This document shows, one piece after another, positions 1 through 9,025 of a stretch of 64,000 nucleotides of DNA; the stretch's first letter is position 1; the number at the start of each line of letters is the position of its first letter. The notes under the pieces were generated by a model. It saw only the letters and a program-made list of their open reading frames with translations. It had not been told where the DNA came from and did no database searches. The DNA comes from Erysipelotrichaceae bacterium (GTDB lineage Bacteria > Bacillota_I > Bacilli_A > RFN20 > CAG-449), in NCBI GenBank assembly GCA_015059045.1, contig SVBD01000004.1:22773-86772 (forward strand). Reading direction: 5' to 3'. The position numbers and the translations under genes are program-made.

Positions 1-438
1 ATCATCTGTGGTATTTCAATGGGAGCTTCAACTGTTATTAATGCTGGGGCTAATAAACTACCTCCAAACGTTATAGGTATTCTTGCTGATTGTGGATATG
101 ATAACACCAAAGATATCATTCAAAAATTTGTTAAAGATATGAAATTACCCCCAAAGATTTTCTACCCTTTTATTAAGTTAGGAGCTAAACTATTTGCTAA
201 TTTGAATGTCGAAGAAATTCAACCTATCGACTCAGTTAAAAACATCACTTTACCTATTCTTTTCGTTCATGGAACAGGAGATAGTATCGTCCCTAGTTAT
301 ATGAGTGAGAATTTATATAACTTATGTTCTTCATCAAATAAAAGATTATTATTAATTGAAGAAGCAGAACATGGACTAGCGTATTTAAAAGAACCAGAAA
401 GATACATTGAAGAAGTTATATCTTTCTTTAACAAGTAG
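1..438 (+). CDS. Alpha/beta hydrolase, membrane-anchored family (5' truncated by window edge)
   Basis: Frame is open from position 1 (IICGISMGAS = GxSxG nucleophile elbow); ILADCG, FVHGTGDSIVP (Asp), EAEHG (His); paralogue of 55399-56331. Confidence 0.9.
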   Translation: MICGISMGASTVINAGANKLPPNVIGILADCGYDNTKDIIQKFVKDMKLPPKIFYPFIKLGAKLFANLNVEEIQPIDSVKNITLPILFVHGTGDSIVPSYMSENLYNLCSSSNKRLLLIEEAEHGLAYLKEPERYIEEVISFFNK

Positions 439-451
439 AAAGACTTATTAT

Positions 452-2056
452 ATGAAAACATTATTATTAGGAATAAATAGTAAATATATTCATCCAAATA
501 TTGCAATTAGATTACTAAAGGCTAATTGTGATTTTGAAGTAGATTTAAAAGAATTTAACATCAAAGATAAAGTAGAAACAATTTATGAATTTATCATAAA
601 TAATAACTACGATGTTTTAGGCGTTTCTTGTTATATTTGGAATATCGAACTAGTTAACGTTCTTTTACCTCTTTTAAGAAAACACAACATTAAAATTATT
701 CTAGGTGGCCCAGAAGTTAGTTATAACGCTTTATTTTACTTAGAAAATAATCTATGTGATTTTGTTATTAAAAATGAAGGCGAAGAAGCTTTTAACTTAT
801 TATTACATCATTTAAATAATGAAATTGATTTAGAAAGCGTTCCAAATCTATATCATAAAAATGGTTTTACTTTTGATAAGTTGGTAGATATTAGTAAAAC
901 TAAAATGGCTTATCATCTTTTAGATGATATACAAAATAAAATCATCTATATTGAAACATCTAGAGGTTGCCCTTTCCATTGCGGATATTGTATGGCAAGT
1001 TTAGATAATAAATTAAGATTCTTCGACATTGAAGAAATTAAAAAGGAAGTATTATTACTAATTAATAAAGGTGGAAGAATATTTAAATTCTTAGATCGAA
1101 CATTTAACGCGAATAAGAAAAACTTTCTTTCATTAATTGATTTTATTATTTTGCATCACAAGGAAAATAACTCATTCCAGTTTGAAATCACTGGTGATTT
1201 ATTAGATGATGATGTAATTAGATATATTAACGAAAAAGCCCCTAAAAATTTATTCCGTTTTGAAATTGGAATTCAATCCACGAATGTTAAAGCAAATAAA
1301 GCAGTCTATCGAATTCAAAATAATGAAAAGTTATTCCATAATATTAAATTAATTCAAGACGCCAATATCATTGATTTACACTTAGATTTAATTGCTGGGT
1401 TACCTTATGAAGATTACTCTTCTTTTAGAAATACTTTTAATGAAGTATTATCTCTTAGACCAAAAGAATTACAACTTGGATTTTTAAAATTACTAAAAGG
1501 CACTAAGCTATATCAAGAAAAAGAAAAATATGGATATAAATTTAATAACCACGCTCCATATGATATTATTTCAAACGATTTCTTATCAAAAGAAGACATT
1601 AATAACATCCATCTTTTAGAGGATGCATTTGAACGATTCTATAATACAACTTATTATAAAACCGCAATTAATTACGTATTAGATAATGTGGATAATGCCT
1701 TTGATTTATTTTTCAAATTAGGGCAACAAGAATTAACATCTAAACGTTTACAAGATACATTTAAATTATTAAATGACTTTGTAAAAGAGAATGTTAATTT
1801 AGATTATGGAAATTTCCATAAACTATTAATCTTAGACTATTTATCTTGTCACAACATTAAGCCTTCTATCTGGTGGGAAGAAAAAATCTCTCCAAAAGAA
1901 AAAAGTGATTTATTAAGAAAATATCATAAGGAAGGAATTATTAATTATGATTTAACTACTCTATATAAATATAGTTTATTAATTCCTTTAGAAAACGTTG
2001 TTATTCTAGCCATTTATAAAAACAATACTAGAAAAATTCATATTATTAATAAATAA
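452..2056 (+). CDS. B12-binding domain radical SAM protein (DUF4080 C-terminus)
   Basis: GINSKYIH N-terminus, GGPEVS cobalamin-domain motif, RGCPFHCGYC (CxxxCxxC), FLDRTFN, LHLDLIAGLP; ATG at 452 preferred over the ORF-track start 407. Confidence 0.9.
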   Translation: MKTLLLGINSKYIHPNIAIRLLKANCDFEVDLKEFNIKDKVETIYEFIINNNYDVLGVSCYIWNIELVNVLLPLLRKHNIKIILGGPEVSYNALFYLENNLCDFVIKNEGEEAFNLLLHHLNNEIDLESVPNLYHKNGFTFDKLVDISKTKMAYHLLDDIQNKIIYIETSRGCPFHCGYCMASLDNKLRFFDIEEIKKEVLLLINKGGRIFKFLDRTFNANKKNFLSLIDFIILHHKENNSFQFEITGDLLDDDVIRYINEKAPKNLFRFEIGIQSTNVKANKAVYRIQNNEKLFHNIKLIQDANIIDLHLDLIAGLPYEDYSSFRNTFNEVLSLRPKELQLGFLKLLKGTKLYQEKEKYGYKFNNHAPYDIISNDFLSKEDINNIHLLEDAFERFYNTTYYKTAINYVLDNVDNAFDLFFKLGQQELTSKRLQDTFKLLNDFVKENVNLDYGNFHKLLILDYLSCHNIKPSIWWEEKISPKEKSDLLRKYHKEGIINYDLTTLYKYSLLIPLENVVILAIYKNNTRKIHIINK

Positions 2057-2090
2057 AAATGTTACAAAGTTTTTCCTTGTAACATTTTTT
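2055..2090. terminator. Bidirectional intrinsic terminator
   Basis: AAAAATGTTACAA / TTGTAACATTTTT stem between convergent genes. Confidence 0.8.
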
Positions 2091-2091
2091 A

Positions 2092-2652
2092 TTATTCTTC
2101 AATATTTGAATTCTTTACATATATTTTATTAAAGAACCAATTTCCAAAATAATTTCTAATTAATTCTTTAAATTCTGCTTTTAAAACTTTGGTTGAAGAA
2201 CAACCTAACATGTCATAAGCAACACCAAATTCTTCAATGATATATCCTTGATTAACAAATCCGTTTTTCAAATAGAACTTATTACGGGTTTTTCTTTGAG
2301 CATAATTTGAAGCATCTGGATCAAGTGTTTCCGCCATAAGGATAATCTTCTTATCTTTATACATTTCCTTCATGTCAGTTAATACTCTTGTGCCATATCC
2401 TTTATTTCTTGATTCTTTATCAATAGCTAAATAATAGATATAAACTAAATCTTTATAAACGATGTTATAGATTAAACCAACATATTTCTCTTCATCGTAA
2501 AAAGCAAAAAACTCTCCTTTATTCTTTCTTACTTTAGAAAGCAATATTGAGAAAGGGCATCTTTCTTCTTCAGGGAAAGAATCAATGTATAAATCTTTTA
2601 CTTTTTTCTTATCCTTTTTCAATTTATAGTAATCTACATATTTTAGATTCAT
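2092..2652 (-). CDS. GNAT family N-acetyltransferase
   Basis: YLYIDSFPEEER-like N-terminus; YLAIDKESRNKGYG acetyl-CoA motif A; KFYLKNGF. Confidence 0.85.
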   Translation of the reverse strand: MNLKYVDYYKLKKDKKKVKDLYIDSFPEEERCPFSILLSKVRKNKGEFFAFYDEEKYVGLIYNIVYKDLVYIYYLAIDKESRNKGYGTRVLTDMKEMYKDKKIILMAETLDPDASNYAQRKTRNKFYLKNGFVNQGYIIEEFGVAYDMLGCSSTKVLKAEFKELIRNYFGNWFFNKIYVKNSNIEE

Positions 2653-2670
2653 AATATTCACTCTTTTCTA

Positions 2671-3756
2671 TTAATTCTTTTTATAAAACACATAAAAATC
2701 TGATACTTTAAATTTCGATGTTTCTTGGAAATCTACTCCATTAATTTTATCAATTAAATATTCTTTTTCAATATTTAAATTATCTATAAAAGTATCTACT
2801 TCTTGACGCATTAAAACATCATTATCATATATTACTTTATACTCTGTTCTTGTTTCAATTTCAGAATAAAGAATTACTCCATCTAAATCTTTTAATTTTA
2901 CATATTCTTTTAAAATAACTTGATTGTCATTTTCTTTACTTTGTTCTACTAAATGATATACATCAAAATAACTTGATACATCAACACCATAATAATAGTA
3001 AATATATCCATATTGTTTTGAAGTGGAAAATACTAATTGCTTATCTTCAAGATGTCTTTCATCTAAACTATAATTCATATCAAAAACCACTTTATCATCT
3101 TCTAAATAAAATTCAATTTCTGTTAAAGCGTTATATTTTTCTCTACGATATACTTTCAATTTATCTTGTGCATAAATTAAAGCTTTAGGAGAAATGTTTT
3201 CAAAATATCTTAAGTAGACACTCATATCACCCCATAAAGGATCAACTTTAAATAAATCTTTATCAATCTCTTCTGGATGAATATCAAAGTTATAATCAGA
3301 TGATCCAATCGTATCTTTAATCTCTACATCTTTATTAATATTAGTGTTATAGTAAACATATTTTAATGAACCATCTTCTAGTTCACCTAAAGCAACATAG
3401 CAAAGAAAATATCTATATTCCCCTTGAATATCGTGTCCACCGTTTTTACCTGCGAAAGAAGTAAAGGCCTTATCAATATTATCGCCATTAATAAAATTAG
3501 AATTAAATTGAGTAATATAATCTCCATAGATGTTAACAACTAAATTATTATTTTCATCATATGAAGTTTCACCTTTAATATATGAAGTATTAAATAACCA
3601 TTTTTTAATACTATATTTTTCTTTTGCAACATCTAAAACTTCTTGTCTTCCATATTCAACCATATCTGGATATGTGGTATTTTTCCCAAATAAAAAACAA
3701 GAAGATAAACCAAATAATGTAAGAACGATAAGTAATAAACTATATATTCTTTTCAT
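2671..3756 (-). CDS. Hypothetical lipoprotein
   Basis: MKRIYSLLLIVLTLFGLSSC signal peptide with lipobox; RBS GGTGGAG upstream of ATG 3756. Confidence 0.75.
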   Translation of the reverse strand: MKRIYSLLLIVLTLFGLSSCFLFGKNTTYPDMVEYGRQEVLDVAKEKYSIKKWLFNTSYIKGETSYDENNNLVVNIYGDYITQFNSNFINGDNIDKAFTSFAGKNGGHDIQGEYRYFLCYVALGELEDGSLKYVYYNTNINKDVEIKDTIGSSDYNFDIHPEEIDKDLFKVDPLWGDMSVYLRYFENISPKALIYAQDKLKVYRREKYNALTEIEFYLEDDKVVFDMNYSLDERHLEDKQLVFSTSKQYGYIYYYYGVDVSSYFDVYHLVEQSKENDNQVILKEYVKLKDLDGVILYSEIETRTEYKVIYDNDVLMRQEVDTFIDNLNIEKEYLIDKINGVDFQETSKFKVSDFYVFYKKN

Positions 3757-3810
3757 AACTCCACCTATTATTATCTTATCATATTTATCTTTATAAATCA
3801 AAGATTCAAT

Positions 3811-3837
3811 AAAAAAGGGATTTAAAATATAAATCCC
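3811..3837 (-). terminator. Intrinsic terminator
   Basis: GGGATTT/AAATCCC stem followed by T-run on the minus strand. Confidence 0.7.
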
Positions 3838-3847
3838 ATTTATTTAA

Positions 3848-4384
3848 TTATAATCCAAATTTTTCTTTTATCATTCTAGCAACTTCACTAGCTTCTAAGT
3901 TTTCATTATTAATTCTTAAATAGTTTTTAAAAGGTATTTCTCCTTCGTTACTTACTAAACGATGTGTATCTTCGTTTAATACTCTTTTATTTGACGCTTC
4001 AATATCGCGTTTAGAGGCTTTATTTTTTAATCTATTTTCGGTTTTATTTCTTTCAAGACGAATTTCTTGAGAAGCAATTAATTCTACGCAGTATATTTCA
4101 TCAAATCTCTTAACTAAATTATCTAAGTATTTCCAATCGGATTTCATATCAAACGCCCACATAAAAGTAAAGATCATTCCTGCAATATCACTTTTAACAA
4201 AATCATCAAAAATAACATCCCTTAACTTACTAATTGTATCACCTTTAAAGTATCCAAAAACATCAATAACTGGTTCAATCATCATGTGATTATGAAATAA
4301 TCTTAAATCTGTTATTTTCATTAATTCTTGTCCTACAGTCATTTTACCTACTGCACCCGCACCTATTATTAATACTAATTTCAT
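3848..4384 (-). CDS. P-loop kinase (shikimate kinase-like / AAA family)
   Basis: MKLVLIIGAGAVGKMTVGQEL Walker A; RLFHNH; RLERNKTENRL; RBS GGAGG before ATG 4384. Confidence 0.85.
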   Translation of the reverse strand: MKLVLIIGAGAVGKMTVGQELMKITDLRLFHNHMMIEPVIDVFGYFKGDTISKLRDVIFDDFVKSDIAGMIFTFMWAFDMKSDWKYLDNLVKRFDEIYCVELIASQEIRLERNKTENRLKNKASKRDIEASNKRVLNEDTHRLVSNEGEIPFKNYLRINNENLEASEVARMIKEKFGL

Positions 4385-4487
4385 TTTGATACCTCCATCC
4401 AAACGTATTTTATTATTTGTATGCAAATGCCTATTTTGATACAATTTGCGTACACCTCTTACAAAATGCATACAGTTAATAATGTTT

Positions 4488-4823
4488 TCATTTAACAAGA
4501 ATTTCAATTCCTAAGACACCATATTTCTTTATTTTTTCAATACTATAATAAGCAAGCATATCATCTGGATTAGCTATTTCGTAATCAGAATAACCTATTT
4601 TAATTTTATCGTGTCGTTTATATAGTTCATCGAAATTTTTATATTTGTATAAATTAGTAACTAAGCATTCTAATATTTCATTAGTTTTTGTATTAGTAAA
4701 CTCAATAATATCGCCTACAATAATTAATGAACGTTTCTCATCACATAATCTCATCTCAATCGTTTTTGTTCCATCTTTAATTTTATTAAACGATTCATCC
4801 CATAGATTCATTTTATGTTTCAT
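4488..4823 (-). CDS. ASCH domain protein
   Basis: FNKIKDGTKTIEMRL, GDIIEF, YKNFDELY, KYGVLGIEI are typical of the small ASCH family. Confidence 0.85.
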   Translation of the reverse strand: MKHKMNLWDESFNKIKDGTKTIEMRLCDEKRSLIIVGDIIEFTNTKTNEILECLVTNLYKYKNFDELYKRHDKIKIGYSDYEIANPDDMLAYYSIEKIKKYGVLGIEILVK

Positions 4824-4895
4824 TTTTCTCTTTCCTTTTTCTAAAAAAATTCAATTATATGTCACAAATTCGAAATAATTTTGATTTTATAACAC

Positions 4896-6119
4896 TTATG
4901 ACAACGTCACATCAACCTTATTTAAAAGCCAATCTTCAATATTAAAATGAGTTATTCCATCCTTAGACATGTCATATTCATCTAGGCTAAATACATATTT
5001 TGGTGATGGATCACGAACTGAATCAAAAGCTCCAAATTCTCTTTCAATTACATCATCGCTTGATAATAAATATGCTACTTGGATAAAACATTTCTTACCA
5101 TCTTTCATAGCAACAAAATCAATTTCACCTTTATATGTTTTGCCAATCTTAACATCATATCCTCTGTATAATAATTCATTATATACTATGTTTTCTAATG
5201 CATGAGCCACAAATATTTTGTTAGAGTCATTACAAGCAAGTAAGAATCCATTATCAACAACAAATTGCTTTTCAATATGTTTTAAAGTTCTTTTAGTAGA
5301 TATATCATAACGTTTAACTCTATTTATTAGACAAGCTTGTTCTAATTTTTCTAAATATCTATAAACATTTTCACTATAAATTGTATCCGAATTATTTTGA
5401 TTATAATATTCAACAATACTTGATGCTGAAAATTCTTTAGAAGCATTATTGATAATATATTTAGATATTGTAATAAATGTTTCTTTATTAATCTTAGCTT
5501 TAGTATTGCATATATCTTTATCAATAATTCCATAATAAATTGATTTTAAATATTCTTTAATATCTTCTTCTAAGTAATAATCCATTCTTTGCGGCATTCC
5601 GCCAAATCTAATAAAGTTTTGTAATGTTTTTTTAGGAAGTTCCATTCCATTTTCTTCATAGTATTTAATAAACTCACTATAAGAAAAAGGCATTATTTTA
5701 AACTCTTTACATCTTCCAACAAGTAAACTTGCTAGTCTGCCTGATAATAGTTTTGAGTTACTACCTGTAACAAAGATTGATACATTTTTTGTTGCTTTAA
5801 GTGAGGCTAACACTTTTTCAAATTGTTTAACGTGTTGAATTTCATCTAAGAAAATATAATATTTACTATCATCAATAATTTGTCTTAAGATATAATCATT
5901 TAATTTATTATAATTTTTAATTTTAGAAAACTTAACATCTTCAAAATTAATAGATATGATATGATCTTTTCTTATTTTTTTCTCATTAATTAACTCTTTT
6001 TTAATTTGATTTAGTAAAACACTTTTACCACATCTTCTAACACCAGTTAAAACCTTAATTAAATTAGATTCATAAAATCTTCTTATATTTTCTAAATATT
6101 GATTTCTTTTAATTATCAT
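4896..6119 (-). CDS. AAA_14 ATPase with DUF4143 domain
   Basis: GVRRCGKS Walker A, FLDEIQ Walker B, VTGSNS, LAHALENIVYNEL-like motif, EIDFVA, IQVAY. Confidence 0.92.
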   Translation of the reverse strand: MIIKRNQYLENIRRFYESNLIKVLTGVRRCGKSVLLNQIKKELINEKKIRKDHIISINFEDVKFSKIKNYNKLNDYILRQIIDDSKYYIFLDEIQHVKQFEKVLASLKATKNVSIFVTGSNSKLLSGRLASLLVGRCKEFKIMPFSYSEFIKYYEENGMELPKKTLQNFIRFGGMPQRMDYYLEEDIKEYLKSIYYGIIDKDICNTKAKINKETFITISKYIINNASKEFSASSIVEYYNQNNSDTIYSENVYRYLEKLEQACLINRVKRYDISTKRTLKHIEKQFVVDNGFLLACNDSNKIFVAHALENIVYNELLYRGYDVKIGKTYKGEIDFVAMKDGKKCFIQVAYLLSSDDVIEREFGAFDSVRDPSPKYVFSLDEYDMSKDGITHFNIEDWLLNKVDVTLS

Positions 6120-6157
6120 AGCCGTTCACCTCATATAAAGTATACTATAAAATTCAA

Positions 6158-6206
6158 AAAAGTGTTACAATTTTGAAAATATTTTTAAATTATAACACTT
6201 TTAATG
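6158..6206 (-). terminator. Probable terminator or operator: 16-bp inverted repeat
   Basis: AAAAGTGTTACAATTT (6158-6173) / AAATTATAACACTTTT (6187-6202); the single mismatch is a G-U pair on the minus strand, where the stem is followed by Ts. Confidence 0.5.
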
Positions 6207-6272
6207 TTGCTTTTTATATTTAATTAATATGTTTGCTAACCACAAAACTTTTGTTTTTAGAACTTTTTACAT

Positions 6273-6443
6273 TTAATTAATCTCGTAAGATTGCTTAATT
6301 AAAGTCATTGCATAAGAAATTTCATCATCACTATGAATATTTAAACAATAATCACCATTCCCCCAATGGCCTTTATATGTTACATCTTCACATAATGATT
6401 TAGGACAATCTAATGAACCAATATCTCTATCTACTTTCTTCAT
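6273..6443 (-). pseudogene. DUF5655-like C-terminal fragment (56 aa, not in ORF track)
   Basis: MKKVDRDIGSLDCPKSLCEDVTYKGHWGNGDYCLNIHSDDEISYAMTLIKQSYEIN resembles the DUF5655 signature (D-P...RDV..GHWGxGD...L.Y...LIKQSY); in-frame stops immediately upstream. Confidence 0.65.
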
Positions 6444-6519
6444 ACTTAATTAAATCTATAACTAAAGACAAACTGCCATCGATAAATCCAAATCTAGCAT
6501 ATTCGTCTACTATATCTAA

Positions 6520-6595
6520 TGGTGGAGATGACGGGGATCGAACCCGCTACCTCTTCGTTGCGAACGAAGCGCTCTCCCAGATGAGCTACACCCCC
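6520..6595 (-). tRNA. tRNA-Ala (CGC)
   Basis: GGGGGTG acceptor with G3:U70, anticodon arm CTTCG-TTCGCAA-CGAAG, GGTTCGATCC T-loop, encoded CCA; 76 nt. Confidence 0.97.
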
Positions 6596-6617
6596 ATATG
6601 AGTAATATTAATTAATA

Positions 6618-7343
6618 TTACTCTATTTCAATTCTTGCAATAAATGAATCTTCGTTTAACGAAGAGCCTTTAACATAAATAGTATTATTTTCTACATAAT
6701 AATTTAACACTACATCTTCATTAGCTTTTAATTCATGTAAATAATCTATTTGGAAATTCTTAATTGCCTTGTTTTGAATTTCTTCAATTCCTAACATCAT
6801 AAAGTTTGCATACTTAACATTATTAATATGACCATTATGATCTAAGTCTAAATAGTTTGTTTTTACAATGCTTGTTTTTAATTCTTTGTTTTCATCAAAA
6901 GAAACTTTATCGAATGCTTCATTAAATAATTTATCTTCTAAATAACTATCGATTTTAAATTCTGCTTCTTTTGCACGTAATAATCTTCTGGTTGTATTTG
7001 AACAAATTACCCATTTACTTGTTACACGAACATATTCTTCTTTTTCGTCTTCAGATAAAATTAAATATTCTCTATCCATATCTAATCTTCCTGGACTAAT
7101 CGGCCAAGTTTTAACAACTACATTACTAGAAAAAGGTGGATTTTTAATAATTTTAACTTTTGTTCTAACAACCATCCAGATGATATCTCTAACAATCATA
7201 TCATCATATCCAACACCTAGCTCAATTGCGTGTTTTCCTGCAACATCTTGACATAAATCAAGAATAGAACTTATTAAAACTTGATCTAGTTTATCATAAT
7301 CGCTTACTCTAAGACGAAACTTTTCTTTATATACATTTGCCAT
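6618..7343 (-). CDS. Acyl-ACP thioesterase (FatA/FatB-like)
   Basis: LCQDVAGKHA, WMVVRT, TWP, DLDHNGHINNVKY catalytic motif. Confidence 0.9.
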   Translation of the reverse strand: MANVYKEKFRLRVSDYDKLDQVLISSILDLCQDVAGKHAIELGVGYDDMIVRDIIWMVVRTKVKIIKNPPFSSNVVVKTWPISPGRLDMDREYLILSEDEKEEYVRVTSKWVICSNTTRRLLRAKEAEFKIDSYLEDKLFNEAFDKVSFDENKELKTSIVKTNYLDLDHNGHINNVKYANFMMLGIEEIQNKAIKNFQIDYLHELKANEDVVLNYYVENNTIYVKGSSLNEDSFIARIEIE

Positions 7344-7344
7344 A

Positions 7345-8016
7345 CTATTTACCTAATAGCGCTTTTAATCTTCTAGTCAATGGAACTATCATTGCTCCTA
7401 GAGAAGAACCAATAATTACATATAATAATTTTGGTAAAAATTCACCATAACCATATCCATTTAAAGAGCCTAAATTATAATAGAACATATCAGACACTAC
7501 TTCGTTTAATCCTACTAAAGAAATAACGATTGCACCTAAGAAAAGTGAAGAAAATCTAGCGATAGGTTGTTCTGCTTTTTTATATGTATTAAATACAAAA
7601 TAGATAATTAATCCAGATAAAATAGATTTACCAAATAAATCAAATACTAATCCTTCTCCACTTCTTACAGCCATCACAGAAGCTAGACCTAGCTCTAAAG
7701 CAGGTAAAGAAGTCATCTTAGTAATTAATGCGATAATCCATGTTCCAATAAAGTTACCTAAAAGGGCTAAAAAGCAATCGAATAAATATCCCCATTTATT
7801 TTCTACGGCTAAACCAATTTTAGCGCTGAAATATTCATAACCATATAAAGCGATAAATAAAAATCCTATTGTGAACACTAATGAACCTACCACTTGTAAA
7901 TTCATTCCAGATAATACTAAATAACAGACGCAAGCCACACCAATAAGTAAACCAGCAATTACTCCATTAATTAATTGTTTTAAATACTTGCTAACAATCA
8001 TTTTCCAAGGTATCAT
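7345..8016 (-). CDS. Formate/nitrite transporter (FNT) family, atypical
   Basis: AGLLIG, GSLVFTIG, LLGNFIG, GKSILSG; the GFEHxVANM motif reads GLNEVVSDM. Confidence 0.75.
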   Translation of the reverse strand: MIPWKMIVSKYLKQLINGVIAGLLIGVACVCYLVLSGMNLQVVGSLVFTIGFLFIALYGYEYFSAKIGLAVENKWGYLFDCFLALLGNFIGTWIIALITKMTSLPALELGLASVMAVRSGEGLVFDLFGKSILSGLIIYFVFNTYKKAEQPIARFSSLFLGAIVISLVGLNEVVSDMFYYNLGSLNGYGYGEFLPKLLYVIIGSSLGAMIVPLTRRLKALLGK

Positions 8017-8017
8017 A

Positions 8018-8872
8018 TTAAATCTCCATTAGTTCTGAATCTCTATCAATATCATATGATTCAACAAGTTGAATTACAGTCCATAATAAATTTGTAACAA
8101 TAGTTACTAAATACATAATTAATGCAAACATTGCAATATATGCACTTGTTGCATAACTATTATTAGTTGATAAGGCTAACGATTCTTCTGGAATATAAGA
8201 AATTCTAATTAATTGCGCTAAAGTAAATCCGTTGAAAGATGGATTAACTTTATTGTATGGTGGGAGATGTTTTAATTCATAAAGATTAGTCAACATTGAA
8301 TGAGCATCATTAATAAAAGAAGTAAATGCAACTACTACAAATAAAACAAATGCAATAACATTAACTCCAAGTAATACTTTCGTAGTAATATTTGATGTTT
8401 TATTCATATTTTTTACTTTTGGTAAGTTAAGTGCAAATAATGACATTACCGCATAAGATAGAATTACTAAAACAAAACGAATATTTACTAATGTTGCAAT
8501 CATATTTTTGTTTGAATCAACTTTAAACATATCTTTTCTAACTACTGTAGCAAAAATTAAATATACTAAAGTAACAATAAAGATTAATGCTTGTGTGGCA
8601 ATAACACCCCACGCACCAACATTAAAAAATAATTCTTTATCTTTTTTCTTTCCTAACAAATATCCTACAAACATTCCTGCAATACAGATGCAAGAAAATA
8701 ATAGAACAATACTATTCCCAATAAACGCATTAAATTTAGCGTTACTAGAAGCCACTAAATTTGAAGAAGTAATTGAAGTATCATTAAAACAGAAAAATGA
8801 AATTAATTGTAAAATGAAACCAACAATTCCAATCATAAGAAAATATGAGAATCTAATTTTTATTTTTGACAT
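8018..8872 (-). CDS. Hypothetical multi-pass membrane protein
   Basis: About 6 hydrophobic segments; RBS AGGAGG; 1-nt gap to the FNT gene. Confidence 0.75.
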   Translation of the reverse strand: MSKIKIRFSYFLMIGIVGFILQLISFFCFNDTSITSSNLVASSNAKFNAFIGNSIVLLFSCICIAGMFVGYLLGKKKDKELFFNVGAWGVIATQALIFIVTLVYLIFATVVRKDMFKVDSNKNMIATLVNIRFVLVILSYAVMSLFALNLPKVKNMNKTSNITTKVLLGVNVIAFVLFVVVAFTSFINDAHSMLTNLYELKHLPPYNKVNPSFNGFTLAQLIRISYIPEESLALSTNNSYATSAYIAMFALIMYLVTIVTNLLWTVIQLVESYDIDRDSELMEI

Positions 8873-9025
8873 AAATTGCCTCCTGAATTAAAAATTACTA
8901 TTTTTAATAACTTTCACTTCATTATTATATATTTACTTATTACATTATGCAACAACTGAGATTTTATTAATTAATTGAATTGAGATTTTTCATATTAACA
9001 TCTATAATATCTATTGGTGGTACTT

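Noticed and set aside
4401-4487. Integron attC site
   Set aside because: RYYYAAC/GTTRRRY boxes not matched, single copy and no integrase; kept only as a low-interest palindrome.
3848-4507. N-terminal 41-aa extension of the P-loop kinase in the ORF track
   Set aside because: It runs through the palindromic spacer; a GGAGG RBS supports the start at 4384. The same reasoning applies to the extended starts at 407, 3801, 43577, 46140, 49712, 52318, 58222 and 60611.
2092-6520. Intact prophage or ICE at tRNA-Ala
   Set aside because: No integrase, no att duplication of the tRNA 3' end, no structural or conjugation genes.
6413-6601. 62-aa plus-strand ORF
   Set aside because: Antisense to tRNA-Ala.
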